DNA from: a virus
Taxonomy: Duplodnaviria; Heunggongvirae; Uroviricota; Caudoviricetes
IMG/VR virus record: IMGVR_UViG_2913177423_000001
Span: 1-64,000 of that record
Direction: 5' to 3' (one strand)
DNA length: 64,000 bases
Part shown: one piece after another, positions 56,832-64,000 of the stretch
Numbering within the stretch: position 1 is the stretch's first letter
How the letters are laid out: every line of letters begins with the position of its first letter
Notes under the pieces: generated by a model
Told to the model about the DNA's origin: nothing
Database searches by the model: none
The model's input: the letters and a program-made list of their open reading frames with translations, nothing else
Program-made: the position numbers and the translations under genes

Positions 56832-57481
56832 AGCGTAGAGCGCAGATAGTAGGAACCGAACACCCGGCAGGACTCATGCGCGCTCAGGTTCGAATTTTAC
56901 CTGACTGGAATGGAGTTCCCGACGATGATCTCCCCTGGGCAGAATACCAGTTACCCATAGGTAACGCGTTTGTACCTACAGTAAAAGGCGACCTGGTATG
57001 GGTAGAGTTTCCTTATCTGGATGTTAATGGTCGAATTGATACCAGACGCCCAATGATAGTTGGCGCGGCTCAGGATGCGCCTGGTGGAGTACCAAACGTC
57101 GCGCCGGAGGCGTCAGGCAATGGTAGCGGCTGGACGCCACCTGAAGTAGACGGAGCGCCTCCCCGCCCGCAATTTTCGGCGACAAAAGATTTCGTTATTC
57201 ACCGCAACAATGTGCTCGAAGTGCGAACGGTTGGCGGTGGATATGAAATAGCGAATACGGCAGCAGGCTCAAGGATAGGAATGAATGAATCAGGGCAGAT
57301 ATACATCATTGGCCCGGCTGATGTAGTAGTGAATGCGGGAGGGAGTGTTAACGTCAAATCAGCCGATAACATCAGCGTTAATGGCAAAAACATTTCTGTG
57401 ACAGCCGACGAAAATATTGATTTCAAGGCAGGAGGCACCTTCCAGGCTATCGCAAGCAACTTTGATTTCAAGAAGGGATAG
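56828..57481 (+). CDS. baseplate spike protein, gpV-like
   Basis: N-terminal OB-fold pattern QVRILPDWNGVPDDDLPWAEYQLPIGNAFVPTVKGDLVWVEFPYLDVNGR typical of phage baseplate assembly protein V. Confidence 0.5.
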   Translation: MKRRAQIVGTEHPAGLMRAQVRILPDWNGVPDDDLPWAEYQLPIGNAFVPTVKGDLVWVEFPYLDVNGRIDTRRPMIVGAAQDAPGGVPNVAPEASGNGSGWTPPEVDGAPPRPQFSATKDFVIHRNNVLEVRTVGGGYEIANTAAGSRIGMNESGQIYIIGPADVVVNAGGSVNVKSADNISVNGKNISVTADENIDFKAGGTFQAIASNFDFKKG

Positions 57482-57490
57482 AAAACACAT

Positions 57491-57536
57491 CCAATTGTGT
57501 TAGATAATTGAATAGAATTTTCTAACACAATTGGTG
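57491..57536. promoter_or_regulatory. large palindrome containing an inverted pair of C1-like operator motifs
   Basis: CCAATTGTGTTAGATAATTGAATAGAATTTTCTAACACAATTGG directly upstream of rdgC-like gene. Confidence 0.55.
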
Positions 57537-57540
57537 AAAC

Positions 57541-58446
57541 ATGAGATCTGTCGCTTTCAAAAACATCTTCATCTATCGTCTTTCACGTGAAGTTAACTGG
57601 AGTGCCGCAGAAGTATCCGATGCTCTTAGCAAATTCGTGTTTACTCCTTGCGGTTCTCAGGACACAGCTAAAGTCGGTTGGACACCTGTTCTTGGTGACA
57701 ACCTCACCCATGAATACCAGGGTTTTCTGCTAATACAGCATAAGCGAGAAGAAAAAATTCTCCCTTCGCAGGTGCTCAAGGAAGAGTTGCAGAAAAAAGT
57801 CCTGAAACTCGAAGAAGAGCAAGCACGCAAGCTGAAGAAAACGGAAAGAGACAGTCTTAAAGATGAAGTCCTGCATTCCCTTTTGCCTCGCGCGTTCACG
57901 AGAAAATCACTCGCCAAAATCCTGATCGACCGCAGCAACCATCTGGTATTCGTTGAGGCAAGCAGCGCCAAAAAGGCAGAGGATCAGCTGGCTTTATTGC
58001 GAAAATCGCTCGGCAGCCTGCCCGTCATTCCATTCACACCACGCGAACCGCTGGAAATCACAATGACCGAGTGGTTTAAAAACGGCTTCCCTGCCGGATT
58101 CACAGCAGGTGAAGATGCCACATTAAAGGCTCTGTTTGATGATGGTGGTGCCGTTCGCTGCAACAAAGTTGATCTACAGTCCGACGAGATTATGTCTCAC
58201 ATTGAGGCGGGGAAAGTAGCTACGACCGTTGCAATTAACTGGATGGACCGCGCGTCGTTCAGAGTAAACGATGATATGAGTATCAAAGCCCTGACATTCT
58301 GTGATGATCTCTATGACCAGAATGACGATATCGACCGGGAGGATGTAGCACAACGATTTGATGCTGATTTCGTGCTCTTTACGGGCGAATTATCTGCACT
58401 GTTTAACGCGCTGGTGGAGGCCATTGGCGGTGAAGCAGAACGATAA
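57541..58446 (+). CDS. rdgC: RdgC-like recombination-associated protein
   Basis: 301 aa; colinear with bacterial RdgC including [33 protein letters not shown] and [20 protein letters not shown]. Confidence 0.8.
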   Translation: MRSVAFKNIFIYRLSREVNWSAAEVSDALSKFVFTPCGSQDTAKVGWTPVLGDNLTHEYQGFLLIQHKREEKILPSQVLKEELQKKVLKLEEEQARKLKKTERDSLKDEVLHSLLPRAFTRKSLAKILIDRSNHLVFVEASSAKKAEDQLALLRKSLGSLPVIPFTPREPLEITMTEWFKNGFPAGFTAGEDATLKALFDDGGAVRCNKVDLQSDEIMSHIEAGKVATTVAINWMDRASFRVNDDMSIKALTFCDDLYDQNDDIDREDVAQRFDADFVLFTGELSALFNALVEAIGGEAER

Positions 58447-59110
58447 TAACCGACCGCTTGTTGTGAGTGTGTGTGATTTTACGGGGGGAATGGTTGCCCC
58501 CTGGCTGGAATACGGTGTCGATGCCGCTATCGTCGATCCACAGCACTTATCGACCAGTGACGAGCTGATGCAATCAGGTGCCGTTCTGACGCGTATTAGT
58601 GCGATCATCGATAGCGATGAAGTATACGCTTTTCTCCGTAAGAATTTGCAGCGCATCGTGTTTCTGGCCGGGTTCCCACCGTGTACTGACCTGGCTGTTT
58701 CCGGCGCGCGCTGGTTTTCGGACAAGGCTAATAAAGATCCGGTCTTCCAGTTCAAAGCAATGCAGGTTGTCTGGCAGTGTTATGACATTGCAAAGATGAT
58801 CGGTTGTCCGTACATGATTGAAAATCCGGTCAGCAAAATATCGACATTCTGGCGTAAGCCAGATCACATCTTTCACCCTTACTTCTTCACTGCATATTGT
58901 CAGGAAGATAACTACACCAAAAAAACATGCCTCTGGAGCGGCCAGGGCTTTGTCATGCCTGATGCCCTAATGGACGAATCATTAGGCAAGCCAGATAACA
59001 GAATCCATGCCGCGCCACCAGGGCCTGACAGGGCTAATTTTAGAAGTGCTACTCCACATGGATTCGCAAAGGCAGTTTTCGAAGCGAATAAGGGGGTGCT
59101 CTATGAGTAA
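58430..59110 (+). CDS. short C5-cytosine methyltransferase-like protein
   Basis: GTG at 58430 after GGAGG; motif I-like CDFTGGM, catalytic PPC motif [15 protein letters not shown]-like MIENP; lacks a normal target-recognition domain. Confidence 0.5.
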   Translation: MKQNDNNRPLVVSVCDFTGGMVAPWLEYGVDAAIVDPQHLSTSDELMQSGAVLTRISAIIDSDEVYAFLRKNLQRIVFLAGFPPCTDLAVSGARWFSDKANKDPVFQFKAMQVVWQCYDIAKMIGCPYMIENPVSKISTFWRKPDHIFHPYFFTAYCQEDNYTKKTCLWSGQGFVMPDALMDESLGKPDNRIHAAPPGPDRANFRSATPHGFAKAVFEANKGVLYE

Positions 59111-60008
59111 ATCTATAGCAAGCATAGCCATAGAAAAACGGGATACGATGGCTGAAATTAGCTATATGCGCACCATTCGGACTCCGGATGAATATGAGCG
59201 TCCGATCTTCAAATGGGTAGGTGGTAAATTCTCAGAATTGCCTACAGTGCTTGAGCATCTACCACACGGCAAGCGGTTAATAGAACCGTTCGTTGGTGGC
59301 GGTTCCGTATTTACGAATGCAGGATTTCGCCACAACCTGCTTAATGATATTAACGGTGACCTGATTAACTTCTATCAGACATTGCAGCGGGAAGGACATT
59401 CGCTCGTCACGCTGTCATATAGTTTTTTCAAAAATTACAACAACGCTGACGCTTACCTCGAAGTGCGTGAGGCATTTAACAGAGGAAAGTATGACCAGCT
59501 ACATCATGCTGCCGCCTTTTTGTACCTTAATCGGCACTGTTTTAATGGCGTAACACGGTACAACCAAAATGGCGATTTCAACGTGGGGTATGGCAAATAC
59601 AAAGCGCCCTACTTCCCACATGCAGAGATGGAGGCGTTTTTGGCTGATGACGTACTCAAAAACACATCCTTTGTATCAGGTGACTTTGCTGGCGTCATCG
59701 AGGCGGCTGGTGAAGACGATGTGATTTTTTGCGATCCGCCGTATGAACCGCTGCCGGATACAGAGGGATTTACCAGCTATTCAGGAAATAGCTTCCGTTT
59801 CGATGAACAAAAAAGGCTTGTATCACTGTTGGTGGCTGCCCACCAGCGCGGCGCGAAGGTAGTGATAACAAACAGTGGCGCGCCCAAAATTCGCGAATTG
59901 TACGAAAGAAACGGTTTTAAGCTGTACCACATGCCAGCCAGACGGTCCGTGTCATGCAAAGCATCCACGCGAATAGTCGCTAACGATATCATTGCAACGC
60001 TCAAATAG
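59103..60008 (+). CDS. dam: Dam-family N6-adenine DNA methyltransferase
   Basis: ATG at 59103 overlapping upstream stop; FKWVGGK, FVGGGSV and DPPY motifs. Confidence 0.85.
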   Translation: MSKSIASIAIEKRDTMAEISYMRTIRTPDEYERPIFKWVGGKFSELPTVLEHLPHGKRLIEPFVGGGSVFTNAGFRHNLLNDINGDLINFYQTLQREGHSLVTLSYSFFKNYNNADAYLEVREAFNRGKYDQLHHAAAFLYLNRHCFNGVTRYNQNGDFNVGYGKYKAPYFPHAEMEAFLADDVLKNTSFVSGDFAGVIEAAGEDDVIFCDPPYEPLPDTEGFTSYSGNSFRFDEQKRLVSLLVAAHQRGAKVVITNSGAPKIRELYERNGFKLYHMPARRSVSCKASTRIVANDIIATLK

Positions 60009-60031
60009 AAAAAGCCCCAGGCGGGGCTTTT
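60009..60031. terminator. bidirectional intrinsic terminator
   Basis: GCCCC-agg-CGGGGC flanked by A-run and T-run between convergent operons. Confidence 0.7.
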
Positions 60032-60069
60032 GATGCCGATACAGTGTCAATTTGATATCAATATGGTTG

Positions 60070-60135
60070 TATATTAACACCATTACGGCACCACTTTGAC
60101 ACCATTATTGCACCGGTACATGATAGACACCAATG
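60070..60135. repeat. iteron-like ACACCA/GCACCA repeats downstream of ParA/RHH cassette
   Basis: AACACCATT, GGCACCACT, GACACCATT, GCACCGG, GACACCAAT within 65 bp. Confidence 0.45.
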
Positions 60136-60151
60136 AGGCATCAAATCGGTA

Positions 60152-60436
60152 TCATTTTGCATCCTCTGACTCAGCAAGCATGAGGATGGCATGTCGAATC
60201 AGGTTCAATTTGCTGCGGTTAAGCTTTTTGCTTAACGCATCGAGCACCCCGTACTCATATTCATTAAAGCTCACGCGTATGGATTTAAAGTCACGCGGCG
60301 CATCTTTATCTGGAGTTTGAGTTGCAGCCTCAACGCCCGGCACCAAATCGGCTTTAATGGCGAACTCTTCAATGCGGCGCTCTAGTTCAGGGTCTTTTAC
60401 AGCTTGTGCATTCACTGGCTCACGGCGCTTAATCAC
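60152..60436 (-). CDS. ribbon-helix-helix partition protein, ParG-like
   Basis: 94 aa; flexible N-terminus then RHH-like KSIRVSFNEYEYGVLDA; coupled downstream of ParA-like gene. Confidence 0.55.
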   Translation of the reverse strand: MIKRREPVNAQAVKDPELERRIEEFAIKADLVPGVEAATQTPDKDAPRDFKSIRVSFNEYEYGVLDALSKKLNRSKLNLIRHAILMLAESEDAK

Positions 60437-61065
60437 GATAACAACTCCTTAATCAACATCTGGATCTCGCCCTTTGCTTTCCCGTTGTCCATTTCAACAA
60501 CACCCTTCCCTTCTGCCATGCAGTCACGATAAATCTTACGGTCACGGACGACAGTTTTCAGGAGTTCAAGTTGCGGGTATTCAGCAAGATATTCCCTTGC
60601 CTCATTGGCTTCGTTAACGACCGGGTTGGATGGTGCCATAGTCAGCATGGCATACGCCTTAAGTTTAGGGTTGAAATCCATCGCCTCAGCTATAACCTCA
60701 ACAAGGTGCGGTAGAGTATCCAGATCCGGCTGGGAAGGACGGAACGGCACCAGAAGCACATCTGCCGCTGTCATGCCTGTACGCATCTCACGACTGTCGC
60801 GACCAGCAGTATCGACGACAACGTACTCGTAACGTTTATCCAGATCGAGCAGCGTCTCACGAATATTATCGAACTTCTGCACGCAGTGAATGACAGGGGC
60901 AACCTCACCTGCATTACGGTCTGACGCCCATCGAGCTGCCGTTCCCTGTTTATCAGCATCAATCAAGACGACATCTTTGTTTTTTCGGGCCAGCTCGGCA
61001 CAAATATTGACGCTGGTGGTTGACTTGCCACAGCCTCCCTTTTGACTTGCTACCAGGATAATCAT
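60433..61065 (-). CDS. small ParA-family partition ATPase
   Basis: deviant Walker A KGGCGKST at N-terminus; 210 aa. Confidence 0.8.
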   Translation of the reverse strand: MIILVASQKGGCGKSTTSVNICAELARKNKDVVLIDADKQGTAARWASDRNAGEVAPVIHCVQKFDNIRETLLDLDKRYEYVVVDTAGRDSREMRTGMTAADVLLVPFRPSQPDLDTLPHLVEVIAEAMDFNPKLKAYAMLTMAPSNPVVNEANEAREYLAEYPQLELLKTVVRDRKIYRDCMAEGKGVVEMDNGKAKGEIQMLIKELLS

Positions 61066-61142
61066 GTCCGCACCTCGGCTTTATTACGGCTCTATTTTCA
61101 CACTAAAACAGTACCGATTTAACACATCAACGGTACAGCAAT

Positions 61143-61305
61143 AGCACCATTCTTAATGCCAGGAGTATAACATCAAATCCGATGGATACTGGTACACGTT
61201 TTGCGCCTGAATAGCACTAAATTAGCACCAAATATGCACCAGTACATTAACAACACCAATTCGGCGTTGTTTTGGTGCCACTTCAACACCATTTTGACAC
61301 CAAAA
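61143..61305. repeat. iteron-like GCACCA/ACACCA repeat array upstream of ParA-like gene, candidate centromere
   Basis: at least seven copies of (A/G)(G/A)CACCA(A/T)T in direct and inverted orientation. Confidence 0.5.
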
Positions 61306-61310
61306 CTGAA

Positions 61311-61336
61311 CAAAAAAGGCTGCAATTTGCAGCCTT
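61311..61336 (-). terminator. intrinsic terminator of parMR operon
   Basis: GGCTGCAA-t-TTGCAGCC palindrome followed on the minus strand by TTTTTT. Confidence 0.6.
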
Positions 61337-61354
61337 AAGATAGTGTATGAACCG

Positions 61355-61699
61355 TCAATCAGGTAGAGAGTCAGCCAGATTGCGCGCCGACGCGCTTTTG
61401 GCAACAACTTGCTCCTTCACTGGCTCAATGGAGGCAGGTCGCTCTTCAACCGCAGCAGGTAGTTCCAGGAAGGACGCCAGCATTTTTCGGATCAGATCCG
61501 GGTTATTGTCTTCGGTTAGCAGGGAAGCCAGTAATCCTGGAAGCCTGCTATCGACTTCTCCCAGCGCAAGCCCTGCCAACAATGCAGTTCTTGCCATATC
61601 GCTATGTTTTTTTATCTTCTCGCTCGCCGCCTTTTCATTGGCATAAGCCTCTGGGCGAAGATAAATCATCACTTTCTTACGTTCCTGAGACATGGACAT
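61355..61699 (-). CDS. parR: ParR/StbB-like centromere-binding protein
   Basis: 114-aa ORF immediately downstream of parM-like gene. Confidence 0.55.
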   Translation of the reverse strand: MSMSQERKKVMIYLRPEAYANEKAASEKIKKHSDMARTALLAGLALGEVDSRLPGLLASLLTEDNNPDLIRKMLASFLELPAAVEERPASIEPVKEQVVAKSASARNLADSLPD

Positions 61700-61705
61700 A
61701 CCTCG

Positions 61706-62662
61706 TTAACCGATTGCTTTCAGGCCATGAACAAGAGCAAGTTGCGGGTCATCCGCCACGAAGAAACGGTCATCGCGAATATTAACTTGCTCGCGAATTG
61801 CATCAGCCACCAGTGGTGCGCCGCCACCGATCACCATGACATGCGTATATCCTTTAAAGTCGCCAATCACATCAAGAACGCGGGTACGCAGACGGTCAAT
61901 ACTTGCAGCAATGGCCTTTTTCACATCACCAATAGCTGATGGGTCATTGATATTGTCGTTCAGATAATCTTCATCGTGGCGGTTAATAATGAGCTGATCG
62001 ACATTGTAATTTGACGTTTCGGTATTGGCTCTGGCAAGTGCTTGCCTTACTTCCCTGGTAACCAGAGAGACGCCAAGATTCGAATCGCCAAAAACACGGG
62101 AAACTGCCGTCATTTGCCCGGCGACCATTGAAACATCAAGGGTAGTTCCACCCAAATCGACGATAAGAACAGAGTGGGCAGGGTTCAGATTGTCGCACAG
62201 GCCAATTCCTGCCGGAATAGACTCCGGGCGTACCGTAACTTTCTTAATCGTGAACACATTGCCTTTATTCAGCGTGACGGGGCGCATAAGGCTGGCTTTT
62301 TTGCGCTCGATGTTATCGAGATTGTATTGCGCGTCGTCGTCGTAAAACTCCGCCAGAGGCAGCGTGACCACGATTTCTACTTCCTGCGGCTCAATGCCAC
62401 TGGTCAGCAAAGCATGGTGAACAGCCAGGACGTTAAGCGGGCTGTATTGCCATTCCACGTTATTCGTCGGCAGAACATCTGGCGAGATCAAATCATACGA
62501 ATACTTTTCGTCGTCAATGACATAGTTAAACGGCTTGCCAGCACCAAATGTTGCGGACCAGCCGCGCTTAAAGCTGTTAGGACTGATGTGCGTGCGAGTT
62601 TCCCCGTCGTGTTCCCACAGCATTTTGATATTTGTTGAACCATCGTCGATAAAAATGCGCAT
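61706..62662 (-). CDS. parM: ParM/StbA actin-like partition ATPase
   Basis: MRIFIDDGSTNIKMLW phosphate-1 motif, DLGGTTLDVS, VMVIGGGA; ATG at 62662. Confidence 0.9.
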   Translation of the reverse strand: MRIFIDDGSTNIKMLWEHDGETRTHISPNSFKRGWSATFGAGKPFNYVIDDEKYSYDLISPDVLPTNNVEWQYSPLNVLAVHHALLTSGIEPQEVEIVVTLPLAEFYDDDAQYNLDNIERKKASLMRPVTLNKGNVFTIKKVTVRPESIPAGIGLCDNLNPAHSVLIVDLGGTTLDVSMVAGQMTAVSRVFGDSNLGVSLVTREVRQALARANTETSNYNVDQLIINRHDEDYLNDNINDPSAIGDVKKAIAASIDRLRTRVLDVIGDFKGYTHVMVIGGGAPLVADAIREQVNIRDDRFFVADDPQLALVHGLKAIG

Positions 62663-62687
62663 CTTCTTGCTCCACTTCTGAGACACA

Positions 62688-62850
62688 TTTGAGAATCAAA
62701 TCATGATTTTAAAAGAGAAGGAATCGAAAATCCACACAATTCGAGATGAAAGAGAGTCGTTATTGAGATTATTTTGAGAATATCTTTAACCACTTTCTGG
62801 GTTTGATGCAAAGGTGAGAACAATTCGAGAATAAAACGAGAATTTTAAAT
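62688..62850. repeat. parC-like centromere repeats upstream of parM
   Basis: five or more copies of TTYGAGAAT (TTTGAGAATC, ATTCGAGATG, TTTTGAGAAT, ATTCGAGAAT, ACGAGAATT). Confidence 0.5.
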
Positions 62851-62927
62851 ATTTCGTGATTTCACTCTCTCTTTGAGTGACGAAATAACAAAGTGATGAC
62901 AATAGGCGAATAACCAGGAGATGAAGA

Positions 62928-63212
62928 ATGAGCGCAATAGCCACCAGCGACACACTTTGTTCCGGTCACGGAGGATTCCCGCCGCGGCTGGTTGCTGAAA
63001 CCGTTCCCTGGTTCACCGTCAACGGTAAGCCAGTTGTTGTGGATGGTGCCATGTTCCCCAGCCATACAGACGGTAACAGCACACATCCGGGATCGGCTGT
63101 ATCGACGCGGGCATGGTATTCAATAGGTGGAAAGGGAGTCGTCTGCGTAGGCGATCCGCTTTCTTGTGGTTCTGTTATCGCCAACGGCGAGGATATTTTT
63201 CAGGTCGCATAA
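62928..63212 (+). CDS. PAAR-like spike-tip protein
   Basis: 94 aa, Gly/Cys/His-rich with GDPLSCGS motif resembling PAAR-repeat proteins. Confidence 0.4.
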   Translation: MSAIATSDTLCSGHGGFPPRLVAETVPWFTVNGKPVVVDGAMFPSHTDGNSTHPGSAVSTRAWYSIGGKGVVCVGDPLSCGSVIANGEDIFQVA

Positions 63213-64000
63213 TGCTTGATTCAATAGGTGAAGTTAAAGCCTTCCAAATTCTGTCCGGCGCTGGTGCCTCCACACCGGAATCAATATCCATAAGCCGGGC
63301 GGCTTCTTCAAAAGCTTCGTCACTCGCAAGCGACATACAGGAAATGGTTCATCCTGATAAAACCTATCCTGATTCAGTGTCTGCCTGGACGACTCAATTG
63401 CTTGGATTTTCCGAACAACTCAATGAGGCAAGCAAGGCATCATCAGCCCTGGCTGACTCTCTTTCCCCATACACGACGCCATCAGAGCTGTTACAGATGA
63501 AGATTGGCTGGGAGTGCCACGCAAAAGGTAATGAACTGATCCCCACGCCAGCGTTCGCCCTGGTTGAGGGGATGGGGAATGTTTCCATACCGCAATCACT
63601 AACGGACGCATTGGCGGCGCTGAAACTTGACGATCTGAATACCGCCATGAACGCCATAAACGCAAAAATTGAAGCTGCCGGGAGTGCTGGGGGTGATAGT
63701 GATGGTGGACAGGCTGGTGGTGGGGCAGCTCAGGCTCCGGACATTACTCAGGATGAAATTGATGATTTACGGGAAGCTGTAACAGTAGCTGAAGTTTCAC
63801 TCTCCGGGATTAATTCAGCAAGTGAGAGTGTCGTAGCCCTTGCTGACCGCATTAAAACGTCAACAACTCAGGCCGCCAAGGGGCTAGAGAACGCTGTAGC
63901 CATCACCTTAACAGGTTCTCTACTGGGCGATGCAGTAATGAGTCCGGCAATCAGTTTAATCATGCCACAAGGCGTTATCGATGCGCTCCAAAAGAGCACC
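63212..64000 (+). CDS. hypothetical protein, partial (runs off the window end)
   Basis: ATG overlapping upstream stop; open frame to position 64000 with no stop; not in the ORF track because incomplete. Confidence 0.5.
   Translation, partial: MLDSIGEVKAFQILSGAGASTPESISISRAASSKASSLASDIQEMVHPDKTYPDSVSAWTTQLLGFSEQLNEASKASSALADSLSPYTTPSELLQMKIGWECHAKGNELIPTPAFALVEGMGNVSIPQSLTDALAALKLDDLNTAMNAINAKIEAAGSAGGDSDGGQAGGGAAQAPDITQDEIDDLREAVTVAEVSLSGINSASESVVALADRIKTSTTQAAKGLENAVAITLTGSLLGDAVMSPAISLIMPQGVIDALQKST

Noticed and set aside
1-64000. Insertion sequences or transposons
   Set aside because: No transposase-like ORF (DDE or IS-family motifs) and no terminal inverted repeats flanking any segment were noticed by eye; a systematic ISfinder search would be needed to be sure.

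Overview
This 64-kb window looks like a segment of a P1-family (punavirus-like) temperate phage or phage-plasmid, diverged from P1 itself in both sequence and gene order. All calls come from reading motifs and context by eye; no database search or computation was run. Recognisable content: a Cin-type invertase with a hix/cix-like site, a DarB-like 2317-aa methyltransferase-helicase, a PacA/PacB-like terminase with a GATC-rich candidate pac site, a Cre-like recombinase, a Ref-like HNH nuclease, hot and humD with a LexA box, a short C5-MTase-like gene next to Dam, and three tRNAs (Arg-UCU, Thr-UGU, Ile/Met-CAU). A 17-bp operator-like motif (about TGTTAGAAAATTAATTT) recurs at least 15 times, several as overlapping inverted pairs, resembling the P1 C1 operator network. 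Accessory content includes tandem ParMR and ParA/RHH partition cassettes with iteron arrays, higBA, an AT-rich membrane/coiled-coil moron, two DUF2829 (Tad2-like) proteins, a ClpX zinc-finger-domain protein, RdgC and dUTPase. The most unusual candidate is a paralog of the large terminase ATPase domain with degenerate Walker motifs and no nuclease domain (35641-36735).
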